Part shown: positions 38,164 to 51,403 of the stretch, one piece after another
How the letters are laid out: every line of letters starts with the position of its first letter
How positions within the stretch are numbered: position 1 is the first letter of the stretch
Assembly: GCF_006345805.1 (NCBI RefSeq)
Contig: NC_043001.1
Coordinates: 30,318,001 to 30,382,000 of the forward strand
Reading direction: 5' to 3'
Length of the DNA: 64,000 bases
DNA from: Octopus sinensis
Lineage: Eukaryota
Made by a program: the position numbers and the translations under genes
The notes under the pieces: model-generated
The model's database searches: none
Seen by the model: only the letters and a program-made list of their open reading frames with translations
What the model was told of the DNA's origin: nothing

Positions 38164-38431
38164 GTACAGTAGCTTATTTATGTTGGTAGAAAAAGTTATT
38201 AATGTCTTAAATATTAGCTTCTATTTCATAGCATTCAGTGAAAAGGGAACTGTCAAATGGTCACTTTTTGAAACAGTAGAAAAGCTTTGCAATTTGACTT
38301 TATCAATCTAATATACATTGAATTTATGAAAAAGGGAATTGTTGCTATGAATGGGTACAGATTTTGTTAAATACTAACCTGATAATCTTGATCATAAAGT
38401 GTATTTTATTTTTAAAAATTTAATTACATTT

Positions 38432-38846
38432 ACCATCCGAACGTGGTCGTAGCCAGTACCGCATAGACTGGCCTCCGTGCTTTGGGGACGTAACAAACAC
38501 CATCCGATCGTGGCCGTCCGCCAGCCTCATCTGGCACCTGTGTCGGTGGCACATAAAAACACCATCCGAGCGTGGCCGTCTGCCAGCCTCGTCTGGCACC
38601 TGTGTCGGTGGCACATAAAAACACCATCCGAGCGTGGCCGTTCGCCAGCCTCGTCTGGCACCTGTGTCGGTGGCACATAAAATCACCCACTACACTCTCG
38701 GAGTGGTTGGCGTTAGGAAGGGCATCCAGCTGTAGAAACACTGCCAGATCTGACTGGCCTGGTGCAGCCTTCGGGCTCCCCAGACCCCAGTTGAACCGTC
38801 CAACCCATGCTAGCATGGAAAGCGGACGCTAAATGATGATGATGAT
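38432..38846 (+). repeat. (GAT)n-tailed repeat with three internal ~61-bp tandem units
   Basis: caccatccgaNcgtggccgt...ggcacctgtgtcggtggcacataaaa occurs three times in 38498-38682. Confidence 0.9.
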
Positions 38847-38997
38847 TAAACTGAAATATCTTAGTTTTGTGGTAAGAATTTCATTCTATATTTGTGTAAT
38901 ATTTTTTTCATATTTAGTTGTGCTCCAAACACAAGTTTGATATTTAGGTTTTAAACTCATATTTTACTACTTATTCTTTAAATCTTTGGTTACTTAA

Positions 38998-39217
38998 CCC
39001 TTTAGTGTTTAAACTGGCCATATCCGGCTGAAGTTTTCTACCTATTTTATGTTTAAACTGACCAGATCAGGCCTTTAACACCTAACCTACATTGACATTC
39101 TAAAATTGAACAATCACGTCATTGAAACCTCAAAGCTATAAGATAATGCATGATTAATTAAAAACAATTTGAGTGAAAAAGTATTACATTTAACAGAGTA
39201 ATCTGAACACTAAAGGG
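38998..39217. mobile_element. Non-autonomous piggyBac-type MITE
   Basis: TTAA flanks. TIRs ccctttagtgtt / aacactaaaggg. Confidence 0.85.
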
Positions 39218-39547
39218 TTAAAAAGTAAATGGAACCTAGGCAGTGTGTTGTTTGAGATAGGTTAACAAAAGGATTAATTTTACAGCTTTTCATTGCTTTG
39301 GATTTTTTTAAGCTTAGGAGATTGTCTTAATGAATCTTGTTGCATGTTTAATATTTTAATTTGTTACCACAACTGTTTCATAGATTTGGAGATACAGAAT
39401 CTCTTATTAACATGTGTATACTATTTTAATTATGATGCACTTGAGTATTTTTGAAAACTGAAAATATAAAGAACTTCTTTAACAAACTAAATTATAAAGG
39501 CCAGATGTAATTCTAAAAGATTACGATCCAGTTGGTAATTAGCTATA

Positions 39548-40768
39548 TTGGGTTGTCTGGAAAGTTTTTACCGATTTATAGTAGCTTACCTTTCAACTTA
39601 TTTTAGAATACGGTTGAGTTCATAAAATAGGATTTGACTACACCTCCATTTAGAGCATAGTTTAAGCTATCTTTTCATGGAAGAAGGTTTATGTTCCTAT
39701 AACCTGTGTTAGTTCTGTAATCCTTTAAAATGGAAGAAAGTTCATTTTTGGTTCTTGAAGCTTTTATTTTTCCGTAAAGGAATATGCACAGTTTAGTGAT
39801 GTTTATTTATCCAAAAGAACTGTACAGAAGTGGTTCACAAGGTTCCAAGCTGGAGATTGTAGCCTTATTGATAAAGAGCAATCAGGCAGCCCATCTACTA
39901 CAGATTATGACCAAATTAAGTCGTTAATTGAGAATAACCCACATTCCACAACCTGAGAATTGGCAGAAAGCCTCAACCTATCAAAATCTGTCGTTCGTGA
40001 ACACCTGGTAAAGCTTGGGTACACAAATCACTCCAATGTTTGGGTACCATGTGAGTTGTGTGAGAAGAACCTTTTGGATCGCATTTCCATCTGTGATTAG
40101 CTTTATAAACGGAATAAAAACGCGCCTTTTTTAAAGCAAGTTGTGACAGGTGATGAGAAATGGATTATCTACTGAAATGTTCAGAGAAAGCGATCCTGGA
40201 GTAAGCGACATGAGCCACCCCAAAAGCAGGTCTTCACCCTAAAAAGGTTTTGCTTTGTGTCTGGTGGGATTGGAAAGGAATTCTGTACTATGAGCTTCTC
40301 CCAAGTAACCAGACAATTAATTCTGAGAAATACTGCACATAACTGGACGAGTTAAATGCAGAAATTCAAGAGAAACGTCCAGAATTCGCCAACAGGGTGT
40401 TTTTCCCAACATGATGATGCAAGACCACATGTTTCTTTGGGAACCAGACAAAAATTGCTGCAGGTCAGCTGGGATGTGTTACCCCACCCACCATATTCAC
40501 TAGATATCGCTCCTTTGGATTTCCACTTATTCTGGTCTCTATAGAATAGTCTTAATGGTAAAAATTTCAATTCCTTGGATGCTGTAAAAAGATACCTTGA
40601 TGAATTATTTGCCATGAAACCACCTCGATTCTGGGAAGAGGGTATTTTCAAGTTAAAGGAAAGATGGAGACGCATTGTGCAACAAAATGGTTCATATTTG
40701 GTTGGTTAAAAATGTAATGACCTTTTTCTTTCCTTTAAAAATCGGCACGAACTTTCCGGACAACCCAA
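39548..40768 (+). mobile_element. Near full-length mariner (DD34D) transposon with a decayed transposase
   Basis: TA on both sides. TIRs ttgggttgtctggaaagtt / aactttccggacaacccaa. Motifs WVPCEL, VTGDEKW, HDDARPH and HPPYSLDIAPLDFHLF, interrupted by stops and frameshifts. Confidence 0.95.
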
Positions 40769-40924
40769 TAGAAACTCTTTAATTTCTGTTTACTGTTGAT
40801 TTTCATTGATTAAAATATCAGTTCTGTTATGAGTGTGATTCTTGTATGACTAGACCAGTTTGAGCTTTGTATTGTCTTTAATGGATTGGAAAAACTTAAG
40901 TGGATTTTTTTCTTTTTCTTATAG

Positions 40925-41165
40925 GTACAATGAATGTCATGATAAGCTTATACCTTACCTAAGAAAATGTGGCTTTAATCCAAAAACAGATATTTATTTT
41001 ATGCCAGTGTCAGGATTAACTGGTGCTTTCCTTAAAGATGTAGTATCAGAAGAAGTATGTCCATGGTTCCGAGGGCCAGCATTAATCCAATATTTAGATG
41101 ATATGCCCTCACTAAACAGAGCTTCAGATGGCCCTGTAAGAGTGCCAGTTGTTGATAGATACAAG
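40925..41165 (+). CDS. GSPT1: eRF3 exon 8 (YNECHDKLIPYLRKCGFNPKTDIYFMPVSGLTG...PVRVPVVDRYK)
   Basis: G5 region (SG). 241 nt, AG/GT. Confidence 0.95.
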
Positions 41166-41597
41166 GTATTATTTTTTTTTTTTTTTTCCACCACCCCAAA
41201 CTCTCAATTATGTTATATTAGGAAAATGTTCACGATGACTGCAATTAAAATAGTATAGTTAGATTTTTTAGAGGTCAGAATTACTTAATGATGGAGTACT
41301 TAAAATATCCATGTCAAACTGAAATAGTTGTGTGTTAAGCAGTTAAATTGTAAACCATTATCCATGGACTTCAGTTCACTATCCTACATACTCCCTATGG
41401 AAACCACTTGATCTCAAACCATCTCTGCTCTCCAGGCCTTCCAATTTCATTTATTATATGTTGTGTGTGCCTATATAACGTCTCTCATTTGAACATGAGT
41501 GATAAAAACTTACAGCTGCTCAGGCTCAGATTTCCTTTTCCAGTCTTGTTTCTTTACCATTTCCTAGCCACCAACTGTTCACTGTTTTGTCTCTTAA

Positions 41598-43458
41598 CCC
41601 TTTCATTACTATATTTCTGACCAAAATACACCCCTCATGAGTTTCAATTAAATTCTAAAATAATCATGAATTTAAACCAATTTCATTAAACAACTGTAAC
41701 TTTTTTTTACTTATCAACATATGATATTTGGAACATAGTTGAATTTAAGGCACAGAAGAACAGGTGTAACATTAAGGTGAAAATAAACTGAAATACTGGA
41801 ATTTACTTTTGAAGAAAACTAGAAAATTAAATACAGCAACTAAATGAAATATACTCACACACATACATGAATACACAGGAGCATATATAACAAAGATTTA
41901 CAATAGAAATTAAATCAAAACTTGTCACTCACCTTACAGGTAAATTAAAATAAAAAGTAAAACTAAGTAAATTTGAAAAATATTTATACACTCTAATTAT
42001 ACATATATACAAACAATATTCACACAATATTTCTGTGATGGAAATTTGTAAAACACCCCACTCTACATACTGCAACCTTGCAGAATGCACACTGGGAAGA
42101 TGTTTCAACTGGCTGTCTACTGGGAGTTTTTCTTTGTTATTTTTTCTAATTTATGTAGATCGGCTGAACTCAGAGGTATATCTCTCTGGCAGGCTTTGCT
42201 TTTCCTTCCTGCAGTTAATTTTCTTTGGAGGAATAACCTACATCTGCTCGGAACTGCAGATGGTCGCACCGCTTGCAAACCCTTAATTGCTTTTTTTATA
42301 TCCAACGGCAGCCCTTTTCTACTAGCAATTACTGTAGCACATGTATACGTTGCCACGGCTTTTAAATCCACTGCAAGTTTGACCAAACTAAAAGATCAAT
42401 AAAAAAAATAATATATGGCCCTGGTTATGGTATGGAAGTGATAAATTCCAGACTACATCATACCCTAGGCCATGCTGACTAACATTATTGTCTCTTTTCC
42501 TCATATAAAAGCTAAATCCACAGTAGTACCCAGTATTTGCTTCACAAATTTTCCAAACTCTTATACCCCACTATACCCTCATCGATGAATAAGTATCTCT
42601 CAGAGTTGTTAAATGTTTTATATGTATTTTGAACACAGTCGATGAGGTGTCTTCTTTTAAATAAAGGATCAAAGTTTGGTTCTCCATGTACTGGGGTACT
42701 GCTAGTGTCGCTCACATGTAAATACTGGTTCAGTTTCACAAATTGTAATCGGGTCATAATACTGGAAACTTACTGATTGCTCCAGTAATTCTAGGTAACT
42801 GTCTAATCCCCATAATAATATTTATGGCAAATAATGCCCGTATTTCATTTATGGTTGTAGGAAACAACAAGCTATCTTTTTTTCCAGCTTGTTTACATTC
42901 TGTGTAACGGTTTGTTTCCACAGTGATCGCTTCAAACAAGCATGCTGGAAAAAATTAAAAGAAAAAGTCTAATGGTTTTGCTTCCTGAGAAAGACTATTG
43001 GTAGATTCTGTCTCCTCAGAAAATTTCTTAATAAAAACATTTTAAGTTTTTACTCCATTCTGGTGTAAAATCATCCTTGCTATCGCCACTTTGTTTCTTC
43101 AGAATCGCTGCTTTCGGTTTCGAATGCAGAAATATCCGATTCATTTTTGTTCACCATGTGCTTTTGTTGAAAAGCCTTCAGATTTGGAATCACTGCTTGA
43201 TAGCATGAAACTCCTCTCCATTTTCGAAGTTGGAAAAAATTAATGCCAAAAAAGTCTTCCAAAATTCACCGAGTTCAAATATCATGCCAAACAGTGTCGG
43301 ATACAATGACTCAACTGTTTGCAAAGTGAAATCATGTGTTTTAACAAATGTACTAACGAGATTTGGGTTCAGTTTTACTTTTAAATAACAATGGGTACTC
43401 TTGGCCGGGTTGGTCTTATGAACCAAAAAATTTTTCAGTCAAGTTAGTAACGAAAGGG
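41598..43458 (-). mobile_element. piggyBac transposon, internally deleted and decayed
   Basis: TTAA at 41594-41597 and 43459-43462. TIRs ccctttcattacta / tagtaacgaaaggg. PGBD-like fragments ETNRY, EIRALFAINIIMGI, YLHVSD and IDEGIVGYK. Confidence 0.92.
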
Positions 43459-45069
43459 TTAATTTGAACATGTATTTCGATTCTAAGATGAATTCAATGC
43501 ACACAACTCCAGGTTGTTCACTCATCCTTTTATTTCACCGTCAGGGAAGCAATTGTGAACAGCCTACCCATTGCCCAAACAAAGATTCTGAATGAAACCG
43601 TTCTAATTACTTTCTCATCTTTTGCCTCTTAATTCTGTCTCCTTCAGACTACTGAATTAATTAAGGCAGTCTACATAACATTTCCCTGCTGTTTTACTTT
43701 TTGATGCTTAATTAGAACTCCATCAGTTCTGTGTTGACAGCTCTTGATAATGTACTTCAACCTAACAAAACAGATATGAAAATGCTTAATATCCCTTCAC
43801 ATCTTTCATCCAATGGAAAGTGCATATGGTTGTGTGGCCTGCTAGAAATAGCAAAGTCTCTCTCAAATCCTTCCCTATCATTGAAAAGGGTTCATCATTT
43901 ATTGTTTGTTGTCCATGCTGGCATGGGTTGGATGGTTTGACTGGGCTGGCACACTGGAAGGCTGTGCCACATCCAGTGTTCTGTAATGTAATATTATATA
44001 CTCTATCTGGGGGTTAAACTATGAAAGGGCGTGTCTGGAATTCCTTTGATCATAAACTAGACAATAACAGATGCCCTCTGCAAGTGATTCACTCAGAGCT
44101 GTACAACAAAAAATTCCACCTGCAACACCTAAAAGATTTCATCCACCAAAACATTGCTTGCAAACTCTTACCTCCTAAATTGTAGACAAGCCTTTCTAGT
44201 CCTTTGCCAAAAAGATTTCTGATAATCTGAGTCCTACTACTTCTCAAAAATATCTCCTAGAGCTATATAACATTTACTGTTCCATGTTTGCTTGTGGGCT
44301 CCACTTATATCCCATTTCTTAAAGCTGGTTTCTTGTCACTATATCACATTATCTGATGAGATTTTCTCTCACTCATGTTTAACACTGCGAATACTGCATC
44401 CCAAACATTATGCTTTCTCTTTAGAGCCAGAAATATATCAACTTTGATAAACTGCTGATGTTCTACAAAGCAACTGCTCTGATATCTAGTGCTATTATAC
44501 ATACAAAAACCACTTAAACTCTATCAGAAAATAAATGTCAGGTTGATTATCAAAAACTTGTTACAGTTACTGGCCTATTAATGCAGTGGCTTCTGAACTG
44601 AGAAGTTATTCATTGCATTCCTTTCATTTCATCATCCTTGGTATATCTTAGCACCTTAATTGTATTGTACTTTTTTTCTGTCATTGTTAGTTGCCATGGG
44701 CACCTATTTGTAAAATTCTGCTCTCGGGTTATGTTTTGCAGAGCTCTAGTTTGAAAAGTAAAGGTCTGAATAAATATATTTATATAAGTTCATTAAATCC
44801 TGTTAGATTTCTTTGGAAGTGTTCTTAAATATTTACATTTGTCAGTAATATGTGCAAGATTTATGGGTCCCACCTACCCAGTGCACTTTTGTTTTATTTG
44901 ACTTATGTAAAAGTGAAATAAGTATGAAAGCAGTTTGGCTTCACTGAATTAGTGGTAGACAAATATACCTCGATTTCATTTTAGTGTGAAAAGGTTGGAT
45001 AAGTTAATGTCAGATACCCCACCTTCAATAAAATATTTTACATGTTTTTCTTTATTTTTTTCTTAATAG

Positions 45070-45150
45070 GATATGGGAACAATTGTTATTGGAAAGGTTG
45101 AATCTGGCAGTTTATCAAAGAATCAAACTCTATGCCTCATGCCTAATAAA
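45070..45150 (+). CDS. GSPT1: eRF3 exon 9 (DMGTIVIGKVESGSLSKNQTLCLMPNK)
   Basis: Domain II. 81 nt, AG/GTAAGT. Confidence 0.95.
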
Positions 45151-45565
45151 GTAAGTATCAATTTTTTCATCTAAATGATATGACTAATTATTTAGATGTT
45201 TCAGTCTTAGAGAAATTTGATCTGTGACTTTGTACTTTTTTATGAGAACTTTTTTTGTCCAGAATAGTGTTACTACTTATGTGCCATTTAAAGTGCTTAT
45301 CAAAAGTTTTTCTCTCAAGGTTGCACAGATGATTTTAGTGGATTAAGTTTTTTAAAAACATACAATTAATGCTTTTTATGTGAAAGATAAATATTAATCA
45401 TGAAACATCTAATTTATACCTATCATTTTGCTGAAGTTATTCTCAGCAGAAATTACAGCTGTTTTTCATGTTAAAAATTAGATACACCAAATATGTTAGT
45501 GATACATCTATCCGATGAAATGTGATACATTTGAGATTTAAACTTCTGATATTTTATCATTTCAG

Positions 45566-45667
45566 GTTCCTGTTAAGATTATGCAGTTATGGTCTGATGA
45601 TATTGAAACGGATGCCACTAGTGCTGGAGAAAATGTAAAAATAAAGCTTCAAGGGGTTGAAGAAGAG
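45566..45667 (+). CDS. GSPT1: eRF3 exon 10 (VPVKIMQLWSDDIETDATSAGENVKIKLQGVEEE)
   Basis: Contains GENVKIKL. 102 nt. Confidence 0.95.
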
Positions 45668-46010
45668 GTAGCATACTTTTATTCCTTGTGTATTCATTTC
45701 AGAAATATCTGATTTTCAGCATTTTTCATATGTAAATCTTTGTTTTTAGTTTTGTATGACTTGATTGCACCAGCTTCATAACGAAACATTGCAACTTGTC
45801 TTGATGATGTCAGATTTGTTTCCTTACAAAACATATGACCTATCCTGTTACATTAGAATTTCTTGGACTGTATTGTGTAAATTAAACTTTTGGTGTGAAT
45901 TTCAAAGTAAAAGTACACACTAAACTGTTCAGATTAATTCCTTCATACTATTTTCTTGTTTATGTGGAAGTATTCCCATAATTTTATATTCTATATTTTC
46001 TTTTATTTAG

Positions 46011-46082
46011 GATGTCTCTCCGGGTTTTGTGATATGTTCTCCAGATAATGTATGCCATACAGGGAAAACATTTGATGCTCAG
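46011..46082 (+). CDS. GSPT1: eRF3 exon 11 (DVSPGFVICSPDNVCHTGKTFDAQ)
   Basis: 72 nt, AG/GT, in frame. Confidence 0.95.
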
Positions 46083-46237
46083 GTTAATATTTTAATTTTG
46101 TCAATTTCTAATTTATATAAATTTTTATACTGTTGAATTTATTATATAATTCTTTTGCTAGAATTTTATTTTACATGTTGAAAAGAATGATAAACTTCAG
46201 TTAGATATAGTATGTCTTCTTTGTCTTAATTTTACAG

Positions 46238-46327
46238 ATTGTCATCTTAGAACACAAATCTATTATTTGTGCTGGTTACAGTGCTATTCTTCATATCCAT
46301 GCCTGTGCAGAAGAAATAACAATCAAA
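46238..46327 (+). CDS. GSPT1: eRF3 exon 12 (IVILEHKSIICAGYSAILHIHACAEEITIK)
   Basis: Domain III. 90 nt, AG/GTAAGT. Confidence 0.95.
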
Positions 46328-46924
46328 GTAAGTTTGATTTTGCTTTCACTTTCTCTCTCAGATCCTGTTTTAAATTTTCTAGAAGTAATTTTGTGTTGTT
46401 CATTAAAGTTCTCTCTCTTCATATAGATATGAACTGGTGTTGCCCATCTACCTCTTGTCCAGCATAAAGAATCATTCACATATTTTAAGTTCTCCATTCA
46501 TTTCGGTCTTAATTTGATTTTCCTTGTCCTTTAATATCCACCTAGATGTTTCTTGTAATTTCGGTATTTCTACATCCCTGTTCTCAAAATAAAAAGTCAT
46601 TTATATTTGCAATCTGTTTACCTATTTTGCTTTCCATATTTGTATGGTTTGGATAGGTCCTCTCTAACAGTGCCTTGCTAATTGTTGCATTCTTTGGTCA
46701 TCTTTATGAGGGCCAGTTTTCACATATCTTTGGTCTTTCTCTTCACAGTTTTTACCACTTGGATTTCCAGGCACTTCTTTACCTAGCTGTTTCCATGCAT
46801 ACCCATTTTGTCCTTTCTAGGAGTGTTCTCTTTTGCACCCATCTGATTCCTCTACAGTTTTTTCCTCATCTCATATGTATCACATTGATCATGTACACTT
46901 AACATTTCACATCCAATAAATCCT

Positions 46925-47110
46925 GCTGGCTTCATTTCTTTCCAGTCTTCATACACAAGCATACATAACCCCTCGTGTCTGAAGAGTCCTCTTGTGGCAA
47001 GCAGAGTAAATAACTCCTAAACTTTTCCCATTTTCTTATTGTGGCTGCTATGCTTTCAAAGTAACTTCCTTCCCTGCTGATAAGTTCATCTAGATCAATT
47101 GTTCTCAGAC
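46925..47110 (-). mobile_element. RTE LINE fragment
   Basis: Minus-strand SIAATIRKWEKFRSYL resembles the RTE copy at 60745. Confidence 0.55.
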
Positions 47111-47751
47111 ATGCACCAAACCTTAAAAACTGGTAGTGGGTTTTTGAGAGAACAAATTTTTGTCCATAATTCTTTCTCAGTATATGGTGTTTGAATAAAA
47201 TCTTGTTTTTTTTTGACAATTTAGAAATAATTTGAATTGGTTCTGAATCAGACCTTCTGATGCCTCAGAATGAGTCTCCTGCTGAATTTTAGAATTTTTA
47301 TTATTTGCTCTTATTGAGCTAGGGCCTTAGGCAATAACTTATTTCATATATTTGCTTCTAGTGTTTTTTTTATACAAGACTGGAATGTCATTTTTGTATC
47401 CTCCAAGTATGGATTTTTCTTTTACTACAGGGTGTTTTAATACTGTTGTTTCTTACAGTGATGCTTAAACATTTTTTTTTTTACTTATTCATCTAATTTT
47501 TACTTTAAAAGCTCTTCTTAAACTAATGGTTTAATTTGTGGAGTGACTGTCTAGACTTTTTGTTCAAATATACTCTCATAAATTTTTTTAATTGTAATCT
47601 TAAAGGGTAGATGTACAATGGATTTGTCTATTGTGTTTGATCACAAACAGCAACAGACTAAAATTTATACCACTATGCCAATTTACATTAATCAAACTAC
47701 TACCATTAGCAATTTTTATTTGTGTTATATATCCAAACATTTTCTTTATAG

Positions 47752-47923
47752 CATTTATTATGTTTGGTTGACAAGAAGACTGGTGAAAAAACTCAACTTA
47801 AACCCAGATTTATAAAACAAGACCAAGTTGGCCTTGCTCGAATACAAGTGAATGGTGGGATGATTTGCTTAGAATCCTTCAAGGATTTTCCACAAATGGG
47901 ACGGTTCACTCTTAGAGATGAAG
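47752..47923 (+). CDS. GSPT1: eRF3 exon 13 (HLLCLVDKKTGEK...FKDFPQMGRFTLRDE)
   Basis: Contains the GRFTLRD eRF1-binding motif. 172 nt. Confidence 0.96.
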
Positions 47924-50900
47924 GTAAAGTTATTTGAGGCTTTTATTTTTTATATGATATATTGTCTATAATCTTTCTGTATTTATAAAGTACCTTATAT
48001 TATTGAATTGTGATGGATAATGTTCCTCACTTGGCATATAAGTTGAGAGTTTTACTTGTCAGATATTAAATAGAATATTCCTTTCCTTTTTATTAAATTT
48101 GTTTCTCCCTATTATAGTACTTTGATGGGGCAGGGAAGAGATTCTGAAAAGTTCGTGTTTAAAGGGGAAAAAAATTGTGTTTTCAGTGTGGATGATATTG
48201 CCAAGTTTAGCATCATTCAGTATCCAGACATGATGCTAAAATGTATAGGCTGAAAACTGTGAAAGAATAAAGTATTCAATCTGTAGTCAGTTTTCTGGTT
48301 AGTGGAAATTAAGATTTGTATATCTGAAGTGTTAACACTAGTTGGGTGCATTTGTCTAATTATTGGGGGGGGGGGGTAGTTTGTCTTTACAGTGGACATT
48401 GAGTTTTTCTTAATAAAGATTTATGGTGTAAATCATAAGAACAATGTGTAGATATGAAAGATGTAGAAGATAAAGAATTTTTCTCAATGTTGTCTTACTC
48501 TCAGATCAGATTTTGGATACCAATGTCACATTGCTTGATTTTCTGTTTTGAAACCTCTGTGAATAGTATCTGCATTTTTCATGATACTACTTTCTTTAGT
48601 CAAAAGAGGAAAGAAAACTCCATACCCTTTCTAGGATCCTCAAAAGTGGTGGCTTAGAAGCCATTGTAACAGAATGGACTATTACATTGGCTGTGATGGT
48701 GTGACACCCAAAAACAAGAACATTCTGGTCAAAGAGCTCCCTCAATTTCCATCTTACTTCTGAGGCTATTGCAGAAGATACTTACACAAGGTACTGCACA
48801 GTGGGATCAAAGCCCAAAGCAGAATTCCACAACAACTCAGTCTGTATTTCGTTTTTGGTATTTTTATTTTCCTAAAATTTTCATTGCATCTAACAACCTT
48901 TTCAATAGTCTTGACTCTCAGTTTCTATTGCTTCCTCAGTATTCTGCGTTTTATCTTTTTACTGTGAAGAGGGTTTGAAGTCTGCAGTAATAAATGGCCT
49001 TGAGGCCAGATAGAATGGGATTAACTCCAAATAGAATAGTGAACCGAAGCTGGAGCAATTGGCTAAGCGCTATAAAGATATATATACAGTTATGTAGGCT
49101 AGTCAATAACTTCAGCATTTTTTCTTGTTAAATAGCAAGTTATGTAATGCCTATGTTACAACAGACAAGGGACTGAATATGTAGAGAAGTGCCCTATATC
49201 ACTTGAATTAACCGGATTTTGAATAATTTTACTCACAAAGAATAAAATTCAAATTCTATAGAAGTACTGTAACAAAGGTTGAATATTGAATTTGCTGGGA
49301 GTTCATGTTGTAATCAAATCAGTTATAAAATTAAACTTGAAATTTAAGCTTAAGACTCAGAAGTAGATACTTCCCAATGCTTCACTTTTAATTTCTATAA
49401 AATTTTAATCACTAAATGCTGTTTAATATGTAATAAAATAATCTAATCTAACTTGAAATATTTATAAAATGGTAATGTAAAACATTGTAAACTAAAGCAA
49501 AAAAGAGCTGTTTCAGTACGCACAAACTGCAGAAAATTTGTTCAGCTAATGTTCCTAATATTTATGGTAATGTGCTGCAGTTGAAAATAATCTATACATT
49601 AAGTATACGTGCAAGTATTGCAAATTATTTTAACGTGTATATCTTATCAGGTTTTCACCAATTTTTGTATGACCTCAAAACCTTTTTTCCAAGTTGTCAA
49701 ACCAGTTTAGTCTTGTGGAAAAGTTTGGAAAATCAAAGTTGTACATATAATAATGAGGGTAGTGTGTGCCAAAAATTCTTAGTTATTTCCCTTTATTGAT
49801 TTTTTTTTAACATGTTTGTTGATAAAAAAAAAAAAAATAAGCACACTACTATCATTGTAATATGGCTGCTGTTGCTGAAAAATAAAAGTAAATAACTTCA
49901 AATTGCAACAACTGAACATGTTGTATGGATTAGAATATTGTCCTTAGAAATAAATCTTCGTTGTTTGAACCAAACTTATTGATAATCGGAAATCAAATCT
50001 ATCAAAATGTAGTGCTCTTTTATTGGTGATTGCAATCAATTTTGTATGATGAATGTTAAAATTGACCTTGGCAAGATTTGAGTTTAGAATGTTAAATGTA
50101 ATCAGATACGAGTATTTTGTATAGCTTATGAGTTACATTATCTGCCTGCCAGATATAAATATGGATATAAATAATTGTACACATATTCAAATGATGGGTT
50201 TGATATTCCTGAAAAATGCCTTGTTGGCTTTGCTTTTATCACTCTTTGTTGATAATATATGATCACTGCTCTCTCACATTAGTAATTTATTTGGTGTATG
50301 AAATCTGTCCAAAAAGAAGCTTTTTTTTTAAAGAATTTATTTACTTGAATTAACTTGGTTTGGACTGCTACAAAAATGGTTTCATCTACAATTGGTGCAC
50401 CGTTCTCATAGCAAATTTTCTGTTATCACAGTTGAAATAAGAACATCACCTTTACTACTCAACATTTGTTGTAAAGACATTATCACTGGGGCCAGGAGCC
50501 TTTTTAAAGGTGTGTGGTGATAACTACTCTATATTGCATTACAGTATTTCCATTTGACTGTACTTACCTTACTAGTAATAAATTACCATGTTTACTTCAG
50601 GAACATAGTGATTTTTCTTCCACATAGAAGAGTAAGCTGTTCACATAGCCTTTGTGTGAATTGCTATAAAACTGGATTTTGACAATTTAAGTAGCCCTTA
50701 TAACTAATCAAGCTTTACTCTTTGTGGTAATCTATGAGAAATAGTGCATGAGCAACTAATGTCAAGCCAAGGATTCTTCTTAGGAAGATATAGTGATGCA
50801 TTGGTAGGCTAGAAATGAAGTCCTAAATTTCTTGTCCAAAACATTTCCAAGAAACTGACTTTTTATAAGCTAAAAAGAAGTTCAGTGGTGTCATTGTTCA

Positions 50901-51173
50901 GTCATGGTAAGTTAGTGGCAGATATATTTCTTTTCAATCTAACATACGTGAAGGACTTTCATCTTTCTGTTCATATCTGATGTATCCAATATCTCAGAGA
51001 AGCTGCTATAAATGCAAACTTTATCTGTATCATTTTTTGTGTTGGTGCTGAAAGCTCTTATGGTTGATTACGGTATGCCATTAATAATTCTTTGTCTTCA
51101 GGGTTTTTTTTTTATATTTTCCTTTGTATACTCAAAATCCTGAAGATAACCTTCAAATATATCTTTAGGATTA

Positions 51174-51403
51174 GGCGGCGAGCTGGCAGAAACGTTAGCA
51201 CGCCGGGTGAAATGCTTTACGGTATTTCGTCTGCCGCTACATACTGGGTTCAAATTCCGCCGAGGTCGACTTTGCCTTTCATCCTTTCAGAGTCGATTAA
51301 ATAAGTACCAGTTACGCACTGGGGTCGAAATAATCAACTTAATCCGTTTGTCTGTCCTTGTTTGTCCCCTCTGTGTTTAGCCCCTTGTGGGTAGTAAAGA
51401 AAT
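51174..51403 (+). mobile_element. tRNA-derived SINE, full-length
   Basis: Head ggcggcgagctggcagaa, B-box-like ggttcaaattcc, body gtcgactttgcctttcatcctttc. Confidence 0.85.

Noticed and set aside
45490-45830. Intronic box C/D snoRNA candidates in eRF3
   Set aside because: No convincing RTGATGA...CTGA pair with a terminal stem was found by eye. A snoscan or Infernal search would be needed.
51174-51262. tRNA gene
   Set aside because: Only A/B-box-like similarity, followed by SINE body and tail, with many diverged copies in the window.
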